From contig JAPLWW010000045.1 of the NCBI GenBank assembly GCA_026396375.1, positions 1-31,333 on the forward strand: a stretch of 31,333 bases of DNA, given 5' to 3'. The notes below the pieces were generated by a model that did not search any database, was not told the DNA's origin, and saw only the letters and a program-made list of their open reading frames with translations. Positions 1-9,280 of the stretch are shown here, in pieces; positions within the stretch are counted from its first letter, which is position 1; each line of letters begins with the position of its first letter. This DNA comes from Candidatus Micrarchaeota archaeon (lineage in GTDB: Archaea > Micrarchaeota > Micrarchaeia > Anstonellales > J096). The position numbers were made by a program, and so were the translations under genes.

Positions 1-140
1 AGATCTGCAGGCTCCTGATATCCAAGGGCATCGATATCGATGCAAAGGACAACGCAGGCCGGACCGCGCTGTTCTGGGCAAAATAAAACTGCAAAAATGA
101 GATATGGGAGCTTCTGAAGGCAGCAGGCGCAAGGGAATAA
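1..140 (+). pseudogene. 3' end of an ankyrin-repeat gene with an in-frame TAA at 84-86 (5' part lies outside the window)
   Basis: The frame from nt 3 reads ICRLLISKGIDIDAKDNAGRTALFWAK*NCKNEIWELLKAAGARE*. The ankyrin consensus continues past the TAA to a natural end (LLKAAGARE*, TAA 138-140), like LKQAGAKE* of the ankyrin gene ending at 17102. Confidence 0.75.
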
Positions 141-179
141 ACAATTCTTTTTTAAATTATTTTATGCACAATAAGGGCA

Positions 180-596
180 ATGACCCAAAAACTCGAGAGT
201 TCAAAAATTGCAAAGCACGTGAACAAGATCACCCATCTGTTACACAAGCTGAAAACTGAGAGGATAAGGCTCAGCCCAAAAAAGCAGGATGAGCTCAATG
301 GCAGGCTATTGGAAGCTGCCAAGCAAGGCAGGATCGCAAGGATCGAAAGGCTTCTGAAGGTAGGGGCAAACGTCAACGCAAAGGACAAGGAGGACAGGAC
401 TGCCCTCATGTGGGCCGCGTCGGAAGGAAGGACAAAGTCCTGCAGAATCCTCATAGACAATGGCGCAGACAAGGACCTAAGGGACAAGAACAAGTGGAAC
501 GCGGTAATGCATGCCAAGGCAAACCGCAAATACACTACGGCAGAACACCTGATCAAGGCAGGGGCCAGGGACTTCTCAAGCGCCCACAAATTCTGA
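180..596 (+). CDS. Ankyrin-repeat protein
   Basis: Contains LLEAAKQG..IERLLKVGANVNAKDKEDRTALMWAASEG..CRILIDNGADKD, about 3 ankyrin repeats, after a basic N-terminal extension. Confidence 0.9.
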   Translation: MTQKLESSKIAKHVNKITHLLHKLKTERIRLSPKKQDELNGRLLEAAKQGRIARIERLLKVGANVNAKDKEDRTALMWAASEGRTKSCRILIDNGADKDLRDKNKWNAVMHAKANRKYTTAEHLIKAGARDFSSAHKF

Positions 597-606
597 ATTA
601 TCAATC

Positions 607-1083
607 ATGCTCATCAAAGCTGAGGGGATGAGGCATTTCGGAAGGCATGAGGAAGCAGACAAGGTTTACGCGGAGATGGGGGAAATCTACCTATCCAGGA
701 AATTATTCCATCTTGCAGGCACCTATTTCAGGAAGGCCAAAAAGTTCATTGACGCGGCCGGCGCGTTCATGCAGTGCAAGGAGTATTCTTCCGCAGGCCG
801 ATGCTTTGAGATGGCAAAGGACAGGAGAAGGGCAAGGAAGGCATATTCAATGGCAGGCACAAGGGCGGAAAAATCCAACAGCCTCTGGCTTGCGCACCAT
901 GCCTATGAAAAGGCGGGCTGCCCCGAAAAGGCTCAGCTTGTGGAAAAAAAGATCAGGGCAAGGAGATCCACATCGGAGAAAAGGAGGATATCAGCGGAGA
1001 AAGCCAGGCAGCTGAAGCTGGACCAGATATACAAAAATGACGCCTTGCTGCAGCTTCTTGGGTCCAAAAGGCATCTGGATTAG
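607..1083 (+). CDS. TPR-like helical repeat protein
   Basis: Short Ala-rich helical repeats (AGTYFRKAK, AAGAFMQCK, AGRCFEMAK, AHHAYEKAG). Paralogous to the C-terminal part of 1099-1998. Confidence 0.6.
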   Translation: MLIKAEGMRHFGRHEEADKVYAEMGEIYLSRKLFHLAGTYFRKAKKFIDAAGAFMQCKEYSSAGRCFEMAKDRRRARKAYSMAGTRAEKSNSLWLAHHAYEKAGCPEKAQLVEKKIRARRSTSEKRRISAEKARQLKLDQIYKNDALLQLLGSKRHLD

Positions 1084-1098
1084 TTCGGTGGGCATCAA

Positions 1099-1998
1099 AT
1101 GGAAACAGCACCCAGGGAAAAAAACAATAATCATTCTTTCAAGTGGAAAGGCAAGCCAGGGTACAGCGGAAAGGGCAGGCCGACGTTCGCGCTTTTGGGA
1201 AAGGAAAGGAAACAGCCAAGGGTGAACAAGTGGAAGGACATAATACCCGAATATAAGGGCAAAGGCAGGCCTTCCCATGACCTACTTGTGGGACACGGCT
1301 TCGCAAAGCCCAAGCCAAAAATAATGGTAAGGGACGGGATCAGGATCAAGCCGGAAGGAGTCAAATGGTCTGAAGTCATTCCTGAGCATTACGGCCGCAG
1401 GGGGTGTCCAAGCCATGATCTTCTTGTGAGATACGGCTTCGCAAAGCCCAAGGATTATCTGGCAGGCCAGCAGGAAATAAGGGATGATATTACTCCCGAG
1501 TTCATCATAGACAAGGATCATGCCGTCATTGAAGAAACAGCTGCTTCGCTGCATTGCAAGCCGATGGGAAACAACAGGAAAAGCATTGACCCCTCTTCCC
1601 CCTTGCAGATGGATCTGAGAATCCTTGAAAAGATGGAAACCTCTGCGCAGAAGCTGACTGATGAAAATAGAAGGATCAGGGCAAATGCCATGTGGCTGGA
1701 GATAGCGATGAAATTCGAGTCAATGGGCCTGTTTTCCTCAGCCGCGCTTAGGTTCAAGAATGCAGGCGCATGGGAAAATGCAGGCCATGCCTTCATGAGG
1801 ATCAAAGAGTACAAGCAGGCGGCCGAGGCGTTCGGGAAGGCAGGGAATCAGGATGCGGCGGAGAAGAACGCATACATGCTGGCGGGAAAGGCAGCGGAGA
1901 AGGAAGGCAATTATAGGCTCGCCGGGCTCATGTTCAGCAGGGGCGGGCATGACTATCTGGCAAGCAGGATGGCCAAGAAGGAAAAAGGGCCTTGCTGA
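1099..1998 (+). CDS. Hypothetical protein: N-terminal KW..Y.G.G.P..LL..GF repeats plus C-terminal TPR-like repeats
   Basis: Long ORF with host-like codon usage. The C-terminal segment (AALRFKNAG, AGHAFMRIKEY, AAEAFGKAG, AGLMFSRGG) aligns with 607-1083. Confidence 0.7.
   Translation: METAPREKNNNHSFKWKGKPGYSGKGRPTFALLGKERKQPRVNKWKDIIPEYKGKGRPSHDLLVGHGFAKPKPKIMVRDGIRIKPEGVKWSEVIPEHYGRRGCPSHDLLVRYGFAKPKDYLAGQQEIRDDITPEFIIDKDHAVIEETAASLHCKPMGNNRKSIDPSSPLQMDLRILEKMETSAQKLTDENRRIRANAMWLEIAMKFESMGLFSSAALRFKNAGAWENAGHAFMRIKEYKQAAEAFGKAGNQDAAEKNAYMLAGKAAEKEGNYRLAGLMFSRGGHDYLASRMAKKEKGPC
1141..1454 (+). repeat. Three intragenic peptide repeats (units start at 1141, 1228, 1363)
   Basis: KWKGKPGYSGKGRPTFALL / KWKDIIPEYKGKGRPSHDLLVGHGFAKPK / KWSEVIPEHYGRRGCPSHDLLVRYGFAKPK. 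Units 2 and 3 share the identical 19-mer CGGCTTCGCAAAGCCCAAG. Confidence 0.85.
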
Positions 1999-2111
1999 AA
2001 ATCCTCCTTCCCAGGCCAATAGGATTCCAGACTTTTTCCATATTTATCCCATTTCAGTTTCAGCGTCATAATCAAATGTTTTAAAAAATGTTGGTACGAG
2101 TATATTATCAT

Positions 2112-4265
2112 ATGATGCCAGAAAGGAATTCACACAATCTCCTCAGCTATGCCCAGAAAAAGGAGAAGCTTCATGGCATAAGGAAGGTGCTTTTTGCGGC
2201 AAGGCATCCCATCCTCGAGGCCGCGATCAAATTGGGGAATAGGGAGCATGAGGAAGCCCTTAGCGAAAGCGAAGCGAAATACAGGAGCATTTTCCAGAAC
2301 AATCACACAATCATGCTTCTTGTGGATCTTGAGAAATGGTCCATAGCAGACGCCAATCCGGCGGCATGCGCATTCTACGGATACAGCAAGGAGGATCTGG
2401 TTGGCAAAAGCATATCAGAGATAAATCCTCTTAACAGGAAGGAGCTTTCCGAAAACCTGGAGGAGGCGATGCGGAAGCCAAGAAGCAAATTCTATTTCTC
2501 GCACCGCATTTCAGACGGAAGGATGAGGGATGTGGAAGTCCATACCGGGCCAATTGTCATAGGAGGCAAGCAGCTGCTCTATTCGATAATCCACGATGTC
2601 ACCGAGCAGAAAAGGATAGAGGGCATGATAAAGAGGCAAAGCGACTCCAGCGCATTGAGGGCGGAGATATGGAGCGCAGTCTGGTCGGACAGGAACCTGT
2701 CGGAGAATGAGCTGATAAAGAATGTCCTTAACCGCCTTGGGAATTTTACCAATGCGGATACCATAGTCTTCTTCAGGATCGAAAGGAAAACCGGAAATGC
2801 GGTCGCCGAGTTGGAATGGGGCAGGAACGGCATTGAGGAATCGAAAGCAGGCAAAATACTTCCCGGATTCGTCATTGAGGGCCAACATGGCAAAAAAGCC
2901 ATCGATATATCATCTAACGATATATTTGAGAAAGATGGCTCGAAGGACCTGGACAAAATAATGAAATCTTACCTTCTCATACCATATGGGGATCCGGAGA
3001 ATCCTGAAGGGTATTTCGCATTCGGGGAAAGGCTGGGAAAAAGGCTGTGGGAGAGGAATGACAGGAACCTCCTCAATGAGATGGCCAGGATACTTTTCGC
3101 AAGGATAGAGCAGATAGGCCTTGAGGAAAGCCTGCACCAGCACGAGAAGCTTGAGTCGCTTGGAAGGCTGGCAGGGGGGATAGCCCATGACTTCAACAAT
3201 ATGCTGACCGGCATCATCGGGTATGCGGATCTCCTGAAAGTCAAGGAGAACCAGAATCCCGAAGTCTGCGAATATGCAGGATTCATATCAACCGCCGCAA
3301 AGCGCATGGCAAGCCTTACGCAGAAGCTGCTGGCGTTCGCAAGGAAAGGCAAGTACAATATCCAGACAATAGACGCAAGCGGCATCATCGATGAGGTCGT
3401 TTCCGTGCTTGAAAAGGGAATAGCGAACAAGAACATCAGGATCATCAAGAGATTCGCCGCTGCCGATTCCCATATAGAAGGGGATGACAGCCTGGTATAC
3501 AATGCATTGCTCAATCTGGGGCTGAATGCAAGGGATGCGATGCCACAGGGAGGGGAAATCACCTATGAGACAATGAACATGAATCTGAAGGATGCAGACA
3601 ATGCCTTCGGGCTGGCAGCAGGCGATTATTTGGTGATAACGGTAAGGGACAACGGGACAGGCATGGACGAGGAGACGAGGAAAAAGGCATTCGAGCCTTT
3701 CTTTACAACCAAGGCTCTTGGCAAGGGAATCGGCCTCGGGCTGGCAAGCGTCTATGGAACCGTGAAATCCCATCATGGCCACGTCGAGATCATCAGCAGA
3801 GTCGGGAAAGGGACAGCAGTTGAAATCTGCTTCCCCCTTTCAGGCAATGTCTCCCTGCAAAAGCAGGAAGCATCATCTGCCCCTATCCAGGGCCATGGGA
3901 CAGTGATGGTCGTGGATGACGAGCCTCTTGTCAGGGACACTGTCGCCGATCTGCTTGAAGCAAGCGGGTACAATCCCCATAAGTTCGGGAATGGCACAGA
4001 AGCTATAATGTTCTATGAGGAGAATTGGAAAAGCATAGATTTTGTAATACTGGACATGCAGATGCCTGGCCTCAACGGAAGGGCCTGCTTCAGGGAACTG
4101 AAGGAGATAAACCCCGCTGTCAAGGCGATGCTGATTACAGGATACAGCCAGGATGATGAAGCCGCAGCGGCAATGAAGGATGGCATGATAGGATACCTGG
4201 CCAAGCCGTTCAATGTGGAAATCCTCATAGATACAATAAGGAAGAGCATCGGGGATGGAAAATGA
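2112..4265 (+). CDS. Cytoplasmic hybrid sensor histidine kinase (PAS - GAF-like - HisKA - HATPase - receiver)
   Basis: PAS ([19 protein letters not shown]...HDVTEQK), H-box [14 protein letters not shown]-box [11 protein letters not shown] boxes ([23 protein letters not shown]), receiver ([19 protein letters not shown]). Start placed at ATG 2112, about 25 nt after a TTTTAAAA box. No TM segment seen. Confidence 0.93.
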   Translation: MMPERNSHNLLSYAQKKEKLHGIRKVLFAARHPILEAAIKLGNREHEEALSESEAKYRSIFQNNHTIMLLVDLEKWSIADANPAACAFYGYSKEDLVGKSISEINPLNRKELSENLEEAMRKPRSKFYFSHRISDGRMRDVEVHTGPIVIGGKQLLYSIIHDVTEQKRIEGMIKRQSDSSALRAEIWSAVWSDRNLSENELIKNVLNRLGNFTNADTIVFFRIERKTGNAVAELEWGRNGIEESKAGKILPGFVIEGQHGKKAIDISSNDIFEKDGSKDLDKIMKSYLLIPYGDPENPEGYFAFGERLGKRLWERNDRNLLNEMARILFARIEQIGLEESLHQHEKLESLGRLAGGIAHDFNNMLTGIIGYADLLKVKENQNPEVCEYAGFISTAAKRMASLTQKLLAFARKGKYNIQTIDASGIIDEVVSVLEKGIANKNIRIIKRFAAADSHIEGDDSLVYNALLNLGLNARDAMPQGGEITYETMNMNLKDADNAFGLAAGDYLVITVRDNGTGMDEETRKKAFEPFFTTKALGKGIGLGLASVYGTVKSHHGHVEIISRVGKGTAVEICFPLSGNVSLQKQEASSAPIQGHGTVMVVDDEPLVRDTVADLLEASGYNPHKFGNGTEAIMFYEENWKSIDFVILDMQMPGLNGRACFRELKEINPAVKAMLITGYSQDDEAAAAMKDGMIGYLAKPFNVEILIDTIRKSIGDGK

Positions 4266-4299
4266 TCATTGCGGCTGCAATCGGACAAAGCAGGGCACA

Positions 4300-4340
4300 G
4301 CATCTGTTTTTAAACCTTTTTGGACATAAATTATAACATG
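4300..4340 (+). promoter_or_regulatory. 41-bp promoter/start cassette, copy A (TATA TTTTTAAA at 4307-4314, ends at ATG 4338)
   Basis: GCATCTGTTTTTAAACCTTTTTGGACATAAATTATAACATG matches 7144-7185 at 39 of 42 aligned positions. Confidence 0.75.
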
Positions 4341-6287
4341 CAGCAAAGACAGTCAATTTTCAATCTAGCTAATTCCAAATCAAGAAAAAGGAGAAGGATG
4401 GCACCAAGAAAGCCTGCCGAGCTGGCAGACCCACTAGCGGAAAAGCGTCCCCTTCTCATGCCGCCTGGCATCGAGCATTTTCTCAGCGTTATTGAAGGCA
4501 AGGTTCCTTTGGACAGCATTTACCATGATTCGCCCATATGCAGGGTTCTCCTGGACAAGGGATCAGCGGAATCCCTGGGCAGGACAATAAGGAATTTCAA
4601 TAGCAGGAAGAACAACACCCCCCTGGACACGCTTGAAAATATAATCGAAAGCGATTCATTTTCCCCGGATCTGCTCCCCATGCTCGAGAGGGTTTCGGAG
4701 ATAAAGCAGGAGCACAGATACACTGATGAAGAGGGCAAGAGCCACACAATCGACAACGGCTATATCATACAGAAGGACTGCCTTGGGCACATGCTCAGCA
4801 TAATGGGCAACGGGAAGATGGGGGATTTGAGGATTGACATGCTTAAGGAGATAAACGGGAATACGAGCAGGGCCTTTGTAATGTCCGGCAATGGCGCGGA
4901 AAAAACCGACCAAAGCAAAAGCGAATACATGCTCCACTATGTTTTGAAGAAAACTGATTCATTGGCAAGCAAGGACAATTTTTCGAAGGAGATGGCCCCT
5001 TTTGTTTTTGAGATCATATCGTCAAGAAAGGACATGTGCCTTTTGCTTGAGCTATCATTGGCCAACTGCATCATCGGAAACAAGAACCTTTCCGCAGTGT
5101 CCAAGGACATCAACCTGCTCAGGGGATTTTTCTATGACATATCGGAAAAGATGATGAAGGTAACGAGCGCCATTGAAACAGACTCTGAAAAGATGAGGAT
5201 ATACCTTTCAGCTGTTGGCCTGATAATGGATGAATCATTCAACGAGGAAAGGCTAAGGATATTCAAGTTCCTCATTTCCAGGATAGAGACCATTGCAACA
5301 ACCAGTGAGGAGTCAGTGAAAATGCTCCATGACATTGAGAGATACATATCCAGCCCATGGATGAGGGAGCCTTTCCATAAGTCTCCGTTGTTTATGCTGC
5401 TCAAGAAGCCGTTGACTCCCCAAAACCATGAGACCATCGAGGCCCTTAACAGGATCGCGGCCAGCGAGCGCTTCGACAAAGACAGGATGTACTGCATCAT
5501 AGACGCGATATCAAAGAAGGATGATGAGGCCAACCTCTGCAATTCATACAGGAGGTTCCTCAAGCTCATGGAAGGCAGGAAATTCAACCCGAAGATATGC
5601 CCCATGGCAAGCGCGCTTTTCATGAAGGGATACAGGGAAGATTTCGACGCAATCTTCACTTTCCTGGAATCTTTCACTGGAAACGAGGCTGCGGGCAAGA
5701 TCTTTTACAATAGAAAAATCATCAATGCGTTTGAAAGGGTGAGCAACGGATTCCTGAACGTCAGGTCTGCGCTGAAATCCCTGGACCTGTGCATGACAAT
5801 CCTGGGGAGCAAGAGCTTCGCTACAGAACCGGCGCAGGACTCTTTTTCAGAAATCCCCGAAAGGACAGAGGGGCAGGACCTTTACAATGCCCTGATATCC
5901 TTCAATTCGATGCTGATGAGCTATGGGAGCAACAGCAGGATATGGGAAAAAGCCCTGTTCATCATCAGAAAGTCGAAGGGCGATTCCCTCTCAATATCAC
6001 TGGACCTTTTTTCAACAATGGTAGACAAGGGCAGGAGATATGCCGGCAGGATTAATGAAAAGGAGCTGTTGAAGATAATATCCATCTCAAATGCGGCTTC
6101 AAGCCTCGGGGCGGACAATGGGCAGATCGCTTCAATCATCCTATATGACATTTTCGAAAGCAAGAGCTTTGGAATGAAGGAGATGGATCTGCTTTACAGC
6201 AGGCTTTCCAAATCCCCAAGGAGGGACATCATGAGCCTCCTCGACGGCAAGCCCCAAATCCGGTCGCCAACAGCAGACAAAAGCTAA
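4338..6287 (+). CDS. Large hypothetical helical-repeat (alpha-solenoid-like) protein
   Basis: About 650-aa ORF with recurring L..I..S..F motifs (IIESDSFSPDL, IMDESFNEER, IAASERFDKDR, LMEGRKFNPKI, IFESKSFGMKE). Start placed at ATG 4338, 24 nt after the TATA box. Confidence 0.75.
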   Translation: MQQRQSIFNLANSKSRKRRRMAPRKPAELADPLAEKRPLLMPPGIEHFLSVIEGKVPLDSIYHDSPICRVLLDKGSAESLGRTIRNFNSRKNNTPLDTLENIIESDSFSPDLLPMLERVSEIKQEHRYTDEEGKSHTIDNGYIIQKDCLGHMLSIMGNGKMGDLRIDMLKEINGNTSRAFVMSGNGAEKTDQSKSEYMLHYVLKKTDSLASKDNFSKEMAPFVFEIISSRKDMCLLLELSLANCIIGNKNLSAVSKDINLLRGFFYDISEKMMKVTSAIETDSEKMRIYLSAVGLIMDESFNEERLRIFKFLISRIETIATTSEESVKMLHDIERYISSPWMREPFHKSPLFMLLKKPLTPQNHETIEALNRIAASERFDKDRMYCIIDAISKKDDEANLCNSYRRFLKLMEGRKFNPKICPMASALFMKGYREDFDAIFTFLESFTGNEAAGKIFYNRKIINAFERVSNGFLNVRSALKSLDLCMTILGSKSFATEPAQDSFSEIPERTEGQDLYNALISFNSMLMSYGSNSRIWEKALFIIRKSKGDSLSISLDLFSTMVDKGRRYAGRINEKELLKIISISNAASSLGADNGQIASIILYDIFESKSFGMKEMDLLYSRLSKSPRRDIMSLLDGKPQIRSPTADKS

Positions 6288-6318
6288 ACTTATTTAAACC
6301 TAGCTTCACATATTTAAT

Positions 6319-7167
6319 GTGGACAAAATTCTTTTGAAAAAGGCATCAGGGGAGCGCAAACCAGCCAACTTCAGCGCAAAGGAGCCTTTATTGGAAGACC
6401 ATTACCAGGCCGCTTCCAAGATATGCATTAATCATAAGATAAGGCAGGAGGCGATCCCCATAATTTCCGCAATCCTGAATTCAAACGGCAAATCCGACCT
6501 TGATTTTGAGCTCAGCCTATTGATTGGATGCATGGAAAGCGAGAATTTCCCTCTTTTCCTTTCTGATCCCGGAGGGACTGGGAAATGCATCGCGAACATC
6601 AGCAGCCTTATCGAAGACAGCATGAAGATAGACACAGCCAGGAACTGGTCACAGAGGGCATGCGCTTCGCTGTTCTGCCATGACAAATTTTCCCCGGAGG
6701 TCCTTGATGCAATATTATCGTTCCCCTCCAAATTGGATCCATACCATCTGAACCATGCCTTTAATTTAATTAAGAATATGCTTGAAAAGGACCTGATAAA
6801 CGAAAAGACCCTTTCCTATATCGGCATGGCCTCGTTTGCGGAAAAAGTCCCTAACAGATATCCTGCAATGTACGCAGTTTACAGCCTGATTGGCAATAGG
6901 AATGCCGACATAGGCTGGTTCAATGAGGATTCATGCCATGACCTGGTTGATCTATCCTGTGCGGTGAACAGGGAAGCGCCTTCGGACTTCATTCCCTCAA
7001 GGTTCAGTTCATTTACCTGGTTCCTGTCCAGCAAGGGCCTTTCAAAGGAGAACCTGGGGCTTGCAGTTTCAAAAGTCCCTTCAATGGAAGACCGGGAGAT
7101 GATCTCTTTCTTCAAGGGTCTTTCAGGGCTCAACAATGAGCCTGCATCTGTTTTTAAACCTTTTTGA
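6319..7167 (+). CDS. Hypothetical helical-repeat protein
   Basis: 282-aa ORF with GTG start. Motif LFCHDKFSPEVLDAI resembles the repeats of its neighbours. TATTTAAA at 6291-6298. Confidence 0.65.
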   Translation: MDKILLKKASGERKPANFSAKEPLLEDHYQAASKICINHKIRQEAIPIISAILNSNGKSDLDFELSLLIGCMESENFPLFLSDPGGTGKCIANISSLIEDSMKIDTARNWSQRACASLFCHDKFSPEVLDAILSFPSKLDPYHLNHAFNLIKNMLEKDLINEKTLSYIGMASFAEKVPNRYPAMYAVYSLIGNRNADIGWFNEDSCHDLVDLSCAVNREAPSDFIPSRFSSFTWFLSSKGLSKENLGLAVSKVPSMEDREMISFFKGLSGLNNEPASVFKPF

Positions 7168-7185
7168 ACATAATTTATAACCATG
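7144..7185 (+). promoter_or_regulatory. Promoter/start cassette, copy B (overlaps the stop of 6319-7167, ends at ATG 7183)
   Basis: GCATCTGTTTTTAAACCTTTTTGAACATAATTTATAACCATG; the first 23 nt are identical to copy A. Confidence 0.75.
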
Positions 7186-8046
7186 AATGCCCAATCCAGC
7201 GAGCAGCCGACATTCGGAAGCAAGGCAAAATTGCTGAAATCGGCCTTTGCCTCGTTTTTCAGGCAGGAAAAGAGGGAAACCGCATTGGACAGGATGAAAC
7301 AGCTGGACCCTGTTTCCCTTGCCAAGTTCGAGCCTCTCATATCAGCCATAAAAAGGAAAACCAAAAAAAAGGACATGCTAAGGTCCATTGCCGCAGTCAA
7401 CCTGATCATAAATGACATCAACAGCGACCTTGCGCTTCCGATAGCCCTGAAGCTTGCCGAAATGAAGAAAGGGAGCGACCTGGCTGACGGGATTTGCCAC
7501 CTAAGGATGATAAGCAACCACAATTTCAGCCAAAATGCGGTTTCCTTCATAGATTACATAGTGGATTCCGTACCCGGCGAAAAGCTTTGCCCTGTGCTGC
7601 AGAAAATGGGCGACATAACGCTGAACATGAACTTCAAGAGATGGATGTACGTGAACCTAAGCCTGGGATTCGCAAGAGGCATCCTTGCCTTCAAGAAATT
7701 CAGCAGTTCCGACCATAACAGGCTTATGGAGCATCCCCTTAATTCAATCAACAGCTTCCTGTCAAACCCCTCCTTTGCCAATGAGTGGTTCATTTGCGAG
7801 AACATCGCAAGGATAACCAGCATCTCCATGGCAGTAAAGGCAAACTCCAATGAAAAGAGCGCAGGTGCTTCGCTGAGCCTTTTCAACAGGATCCTAATGA
7901 ACGAGCATCTTAAGATGAGCTACCTGGAGCTGATGGACAGATACCTGGCTGAGAAGAGGTATATAGGCGTAAAGGAATTCCTTGAAAAATTCCATGGATG
8001 CTCGGATGAGCTATTCAGCATAAGGATAAGGGGAAGCGTTTTCTAG
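7183..8046 (+). CDS. Hypothetical helical-repeat protein
   Basis: 287-aa ORF with the same periodic motif (MISNHNFSQN, ITLNMNFKRW, FLSNPSFANEW, ILMNEHLKMS). Confidence 0.7.
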   Translation: MNAQSSEQPTFGSKAKLLKSAFASFFRQEKRETALDRMKQLDPVSLAKFEPLISAIKRKTKKKDMLRSIAAVNLIINDINSDLALPIALKLAEMKKGSDLADGICHLRMISNHNFSQNAVSFIDYIVDSVPGEKLCPVLQKMGDITLNMNFKRWMYVNLSLGFARGILAFKKFSSSDHNRLMEHPLNSINSFLSNPSFANEWFICENIARITSISMAVKANSNEKSAGASLSLFNRILMNEHLKMSYLELMDRYLAEKRYIGVKEFLEKFHGCSDELFSIRIRGSVF

Positions 8047-8122
8047 CCAGAATTGAATTCATTTGGGGTTGCGCGCAAGATGCAACAAAACCTTTTTATC
8101 TGTTTCCTACATAAAAAATAAC

Positions 8123-8926
8123 ATGAACAAATTCCTGTCTGCTAAAACCAGCGCCCAATCCCAGAAAAAAACGGATTTTTCGAAGCATAAGGAAATAACT
8201 GAGCATGGATGCATGCAACAGCACCATTTTGCAAAAGATGACGCCATGATATGGATTGACTGGGTCTTCAGCTTCTCGGACAATGGAAAAAAACTGTCCT
8301 TGCCAAAAAAAGACAGGGAAAATATCAGCAGCTTCGCGGCATTCCTTGCCCATGGGGAAAATATGGAAAAGGAATTCTACCTTTTTGTGGATTCTGTCAA
8401 AATATTCGGAACCTTCTATGGAAAAAGCGAAGAAAGATTGGAAGACATGAAAACGCTGGCAAGGGTAATCGGAATGGACAGTTTCATCGGATTATGCCCA
8501 TCTTCAGTATCATTGCTGCATGCCGTAATTTCAAGTTCCCGCAACCACAAGGACATTTCAGAAGGCCTTTCCTCATTGGAGAAATTCATGGGCATGGGAA
8601 TTTCCGGCAGGCAGTTTGAGGATTTGATAGAAAACATTGTGAAAAATGGGGAGAGGAACAGCATAATCCATTCAATAGATATCCTTTCATCAATCCAGCC
8701 AGGCAAATATACCGCGGAAATGATGAAATTGATGGAAACCATAACAAGAAACACATGGGGATGCGCAACATCATCATGCCTGGGCAAGGCTGTTAACAGG
8801 ATAGGCAAGGGCGGAATTAATGAATCATGGATCAAAAGCCTCAATTTGCAGGTTGAAGGCAAATACGGCTCCAATCTTGAGATGATGCTAAATGAGAATG
8901 AAACGGCAGGCAAGGCGCAGCAATGA
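8123..8926 (+). CDS. Hypothetical helical protein
   Basis: Long ORF. Start placed at ATG 8123 (ACATAAAAAATAACATG context, TTTTTAT box at 8093-8099) rather than at the TTG at 8063. Confidence 0.6.
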   Translation: MNKFLSAKTSAQSQKKTDFSKHKEITEHGCMQQHHFAKDDAMIWIDWVFSFSDNGKKLSLPKKDRENISSFAAFLAHGENMEKEFYLFVDSVKIFGTFYGKSEERLEDMKTLARVIGMDSFIGLCPSSVSLLHAVISSSRNHKDISEGLSSLEKFMGMGISGRQFEDLIENIVKNGERNSIIHSIDILSSIQPGKYTAEMMKLMETITRNTWGCATSSCLGKAVNRIGKGGINESWIKSLNLQVEGKYGSNLEMMLNENETAGKAQQ

Positions 8927-8991
8927 TCATCTTTTTAAACGTTTCATTAGATAGGATAAGAAAACATAATATCAACCAAAGGTGTTTATCG

Positions 8992-9276
8992 ATGAAAGTT
9001 CCATATGAAGTAAGGAAATACTGCCCTCACTGCAATGCCCCGACAACCCAGAAGGTCAAGGTGGCTTCAAAGGGAAAGGCAAGCAGCTTTTCCTTCGGCA
9101 ACAGGAAGCACGCCAGGAAGCTGAGGGGTTTCGGAGGAAAAAGGGCAGGGCAGAAGGAAGTGAAGAAGCAGGGAAAGAAGCAGAAGCTCATCCTGACATG
9201 CACAGTGTGCAGCAAGAAGCAGGAGTGGGTATGCCACAAGAGGACCAAGAAGAAAACTGAGGTAGTGAAGGGCTGA
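8992..9276 (+). CDS. rpl44e: 50S ribosomal protein L44e
   Basis: MKVPYEVRKYCPHCNAPT...RKHARKLRGFGG...LILTCTVCSKK, with two CxxC pairs. RBS-like AGGTG upstream; standard first gene of this cluster. Confidence 0.92.
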   Translation: MKVPYEVRKYCPHCNAPTTQKVKVASKGKASSFSFGNRKHARKLRGFGGKRAGQKEVKKQGKKQKLILTCTVCSKKQEWVCHKRTKKKTEVVKG

Positions 9277-9280
9277 TATT

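Noticed and set aside
1141-1454. Homology between the PSHDLLVxxGF repeat and the SPYEALLEAGF end of the 70-aa repeats
   Set aside because: The similarity is limited to P..LL..GF with different spacing, too weak to claim without a profile comparison.
6317-6337. ATG at 6317 as the start of the 6319 gene (implying a frameshift)
   Set aside because: It gives only MWTKFF*. The in-frame GTG two bases later opens the full ORF, so no lesion needs to be invoked.
8923-8991. N-terminal extension of L44e
   Set aside because: This stretch contains the TATA-like box and RBS. L44e homology starts at ATG 8992.
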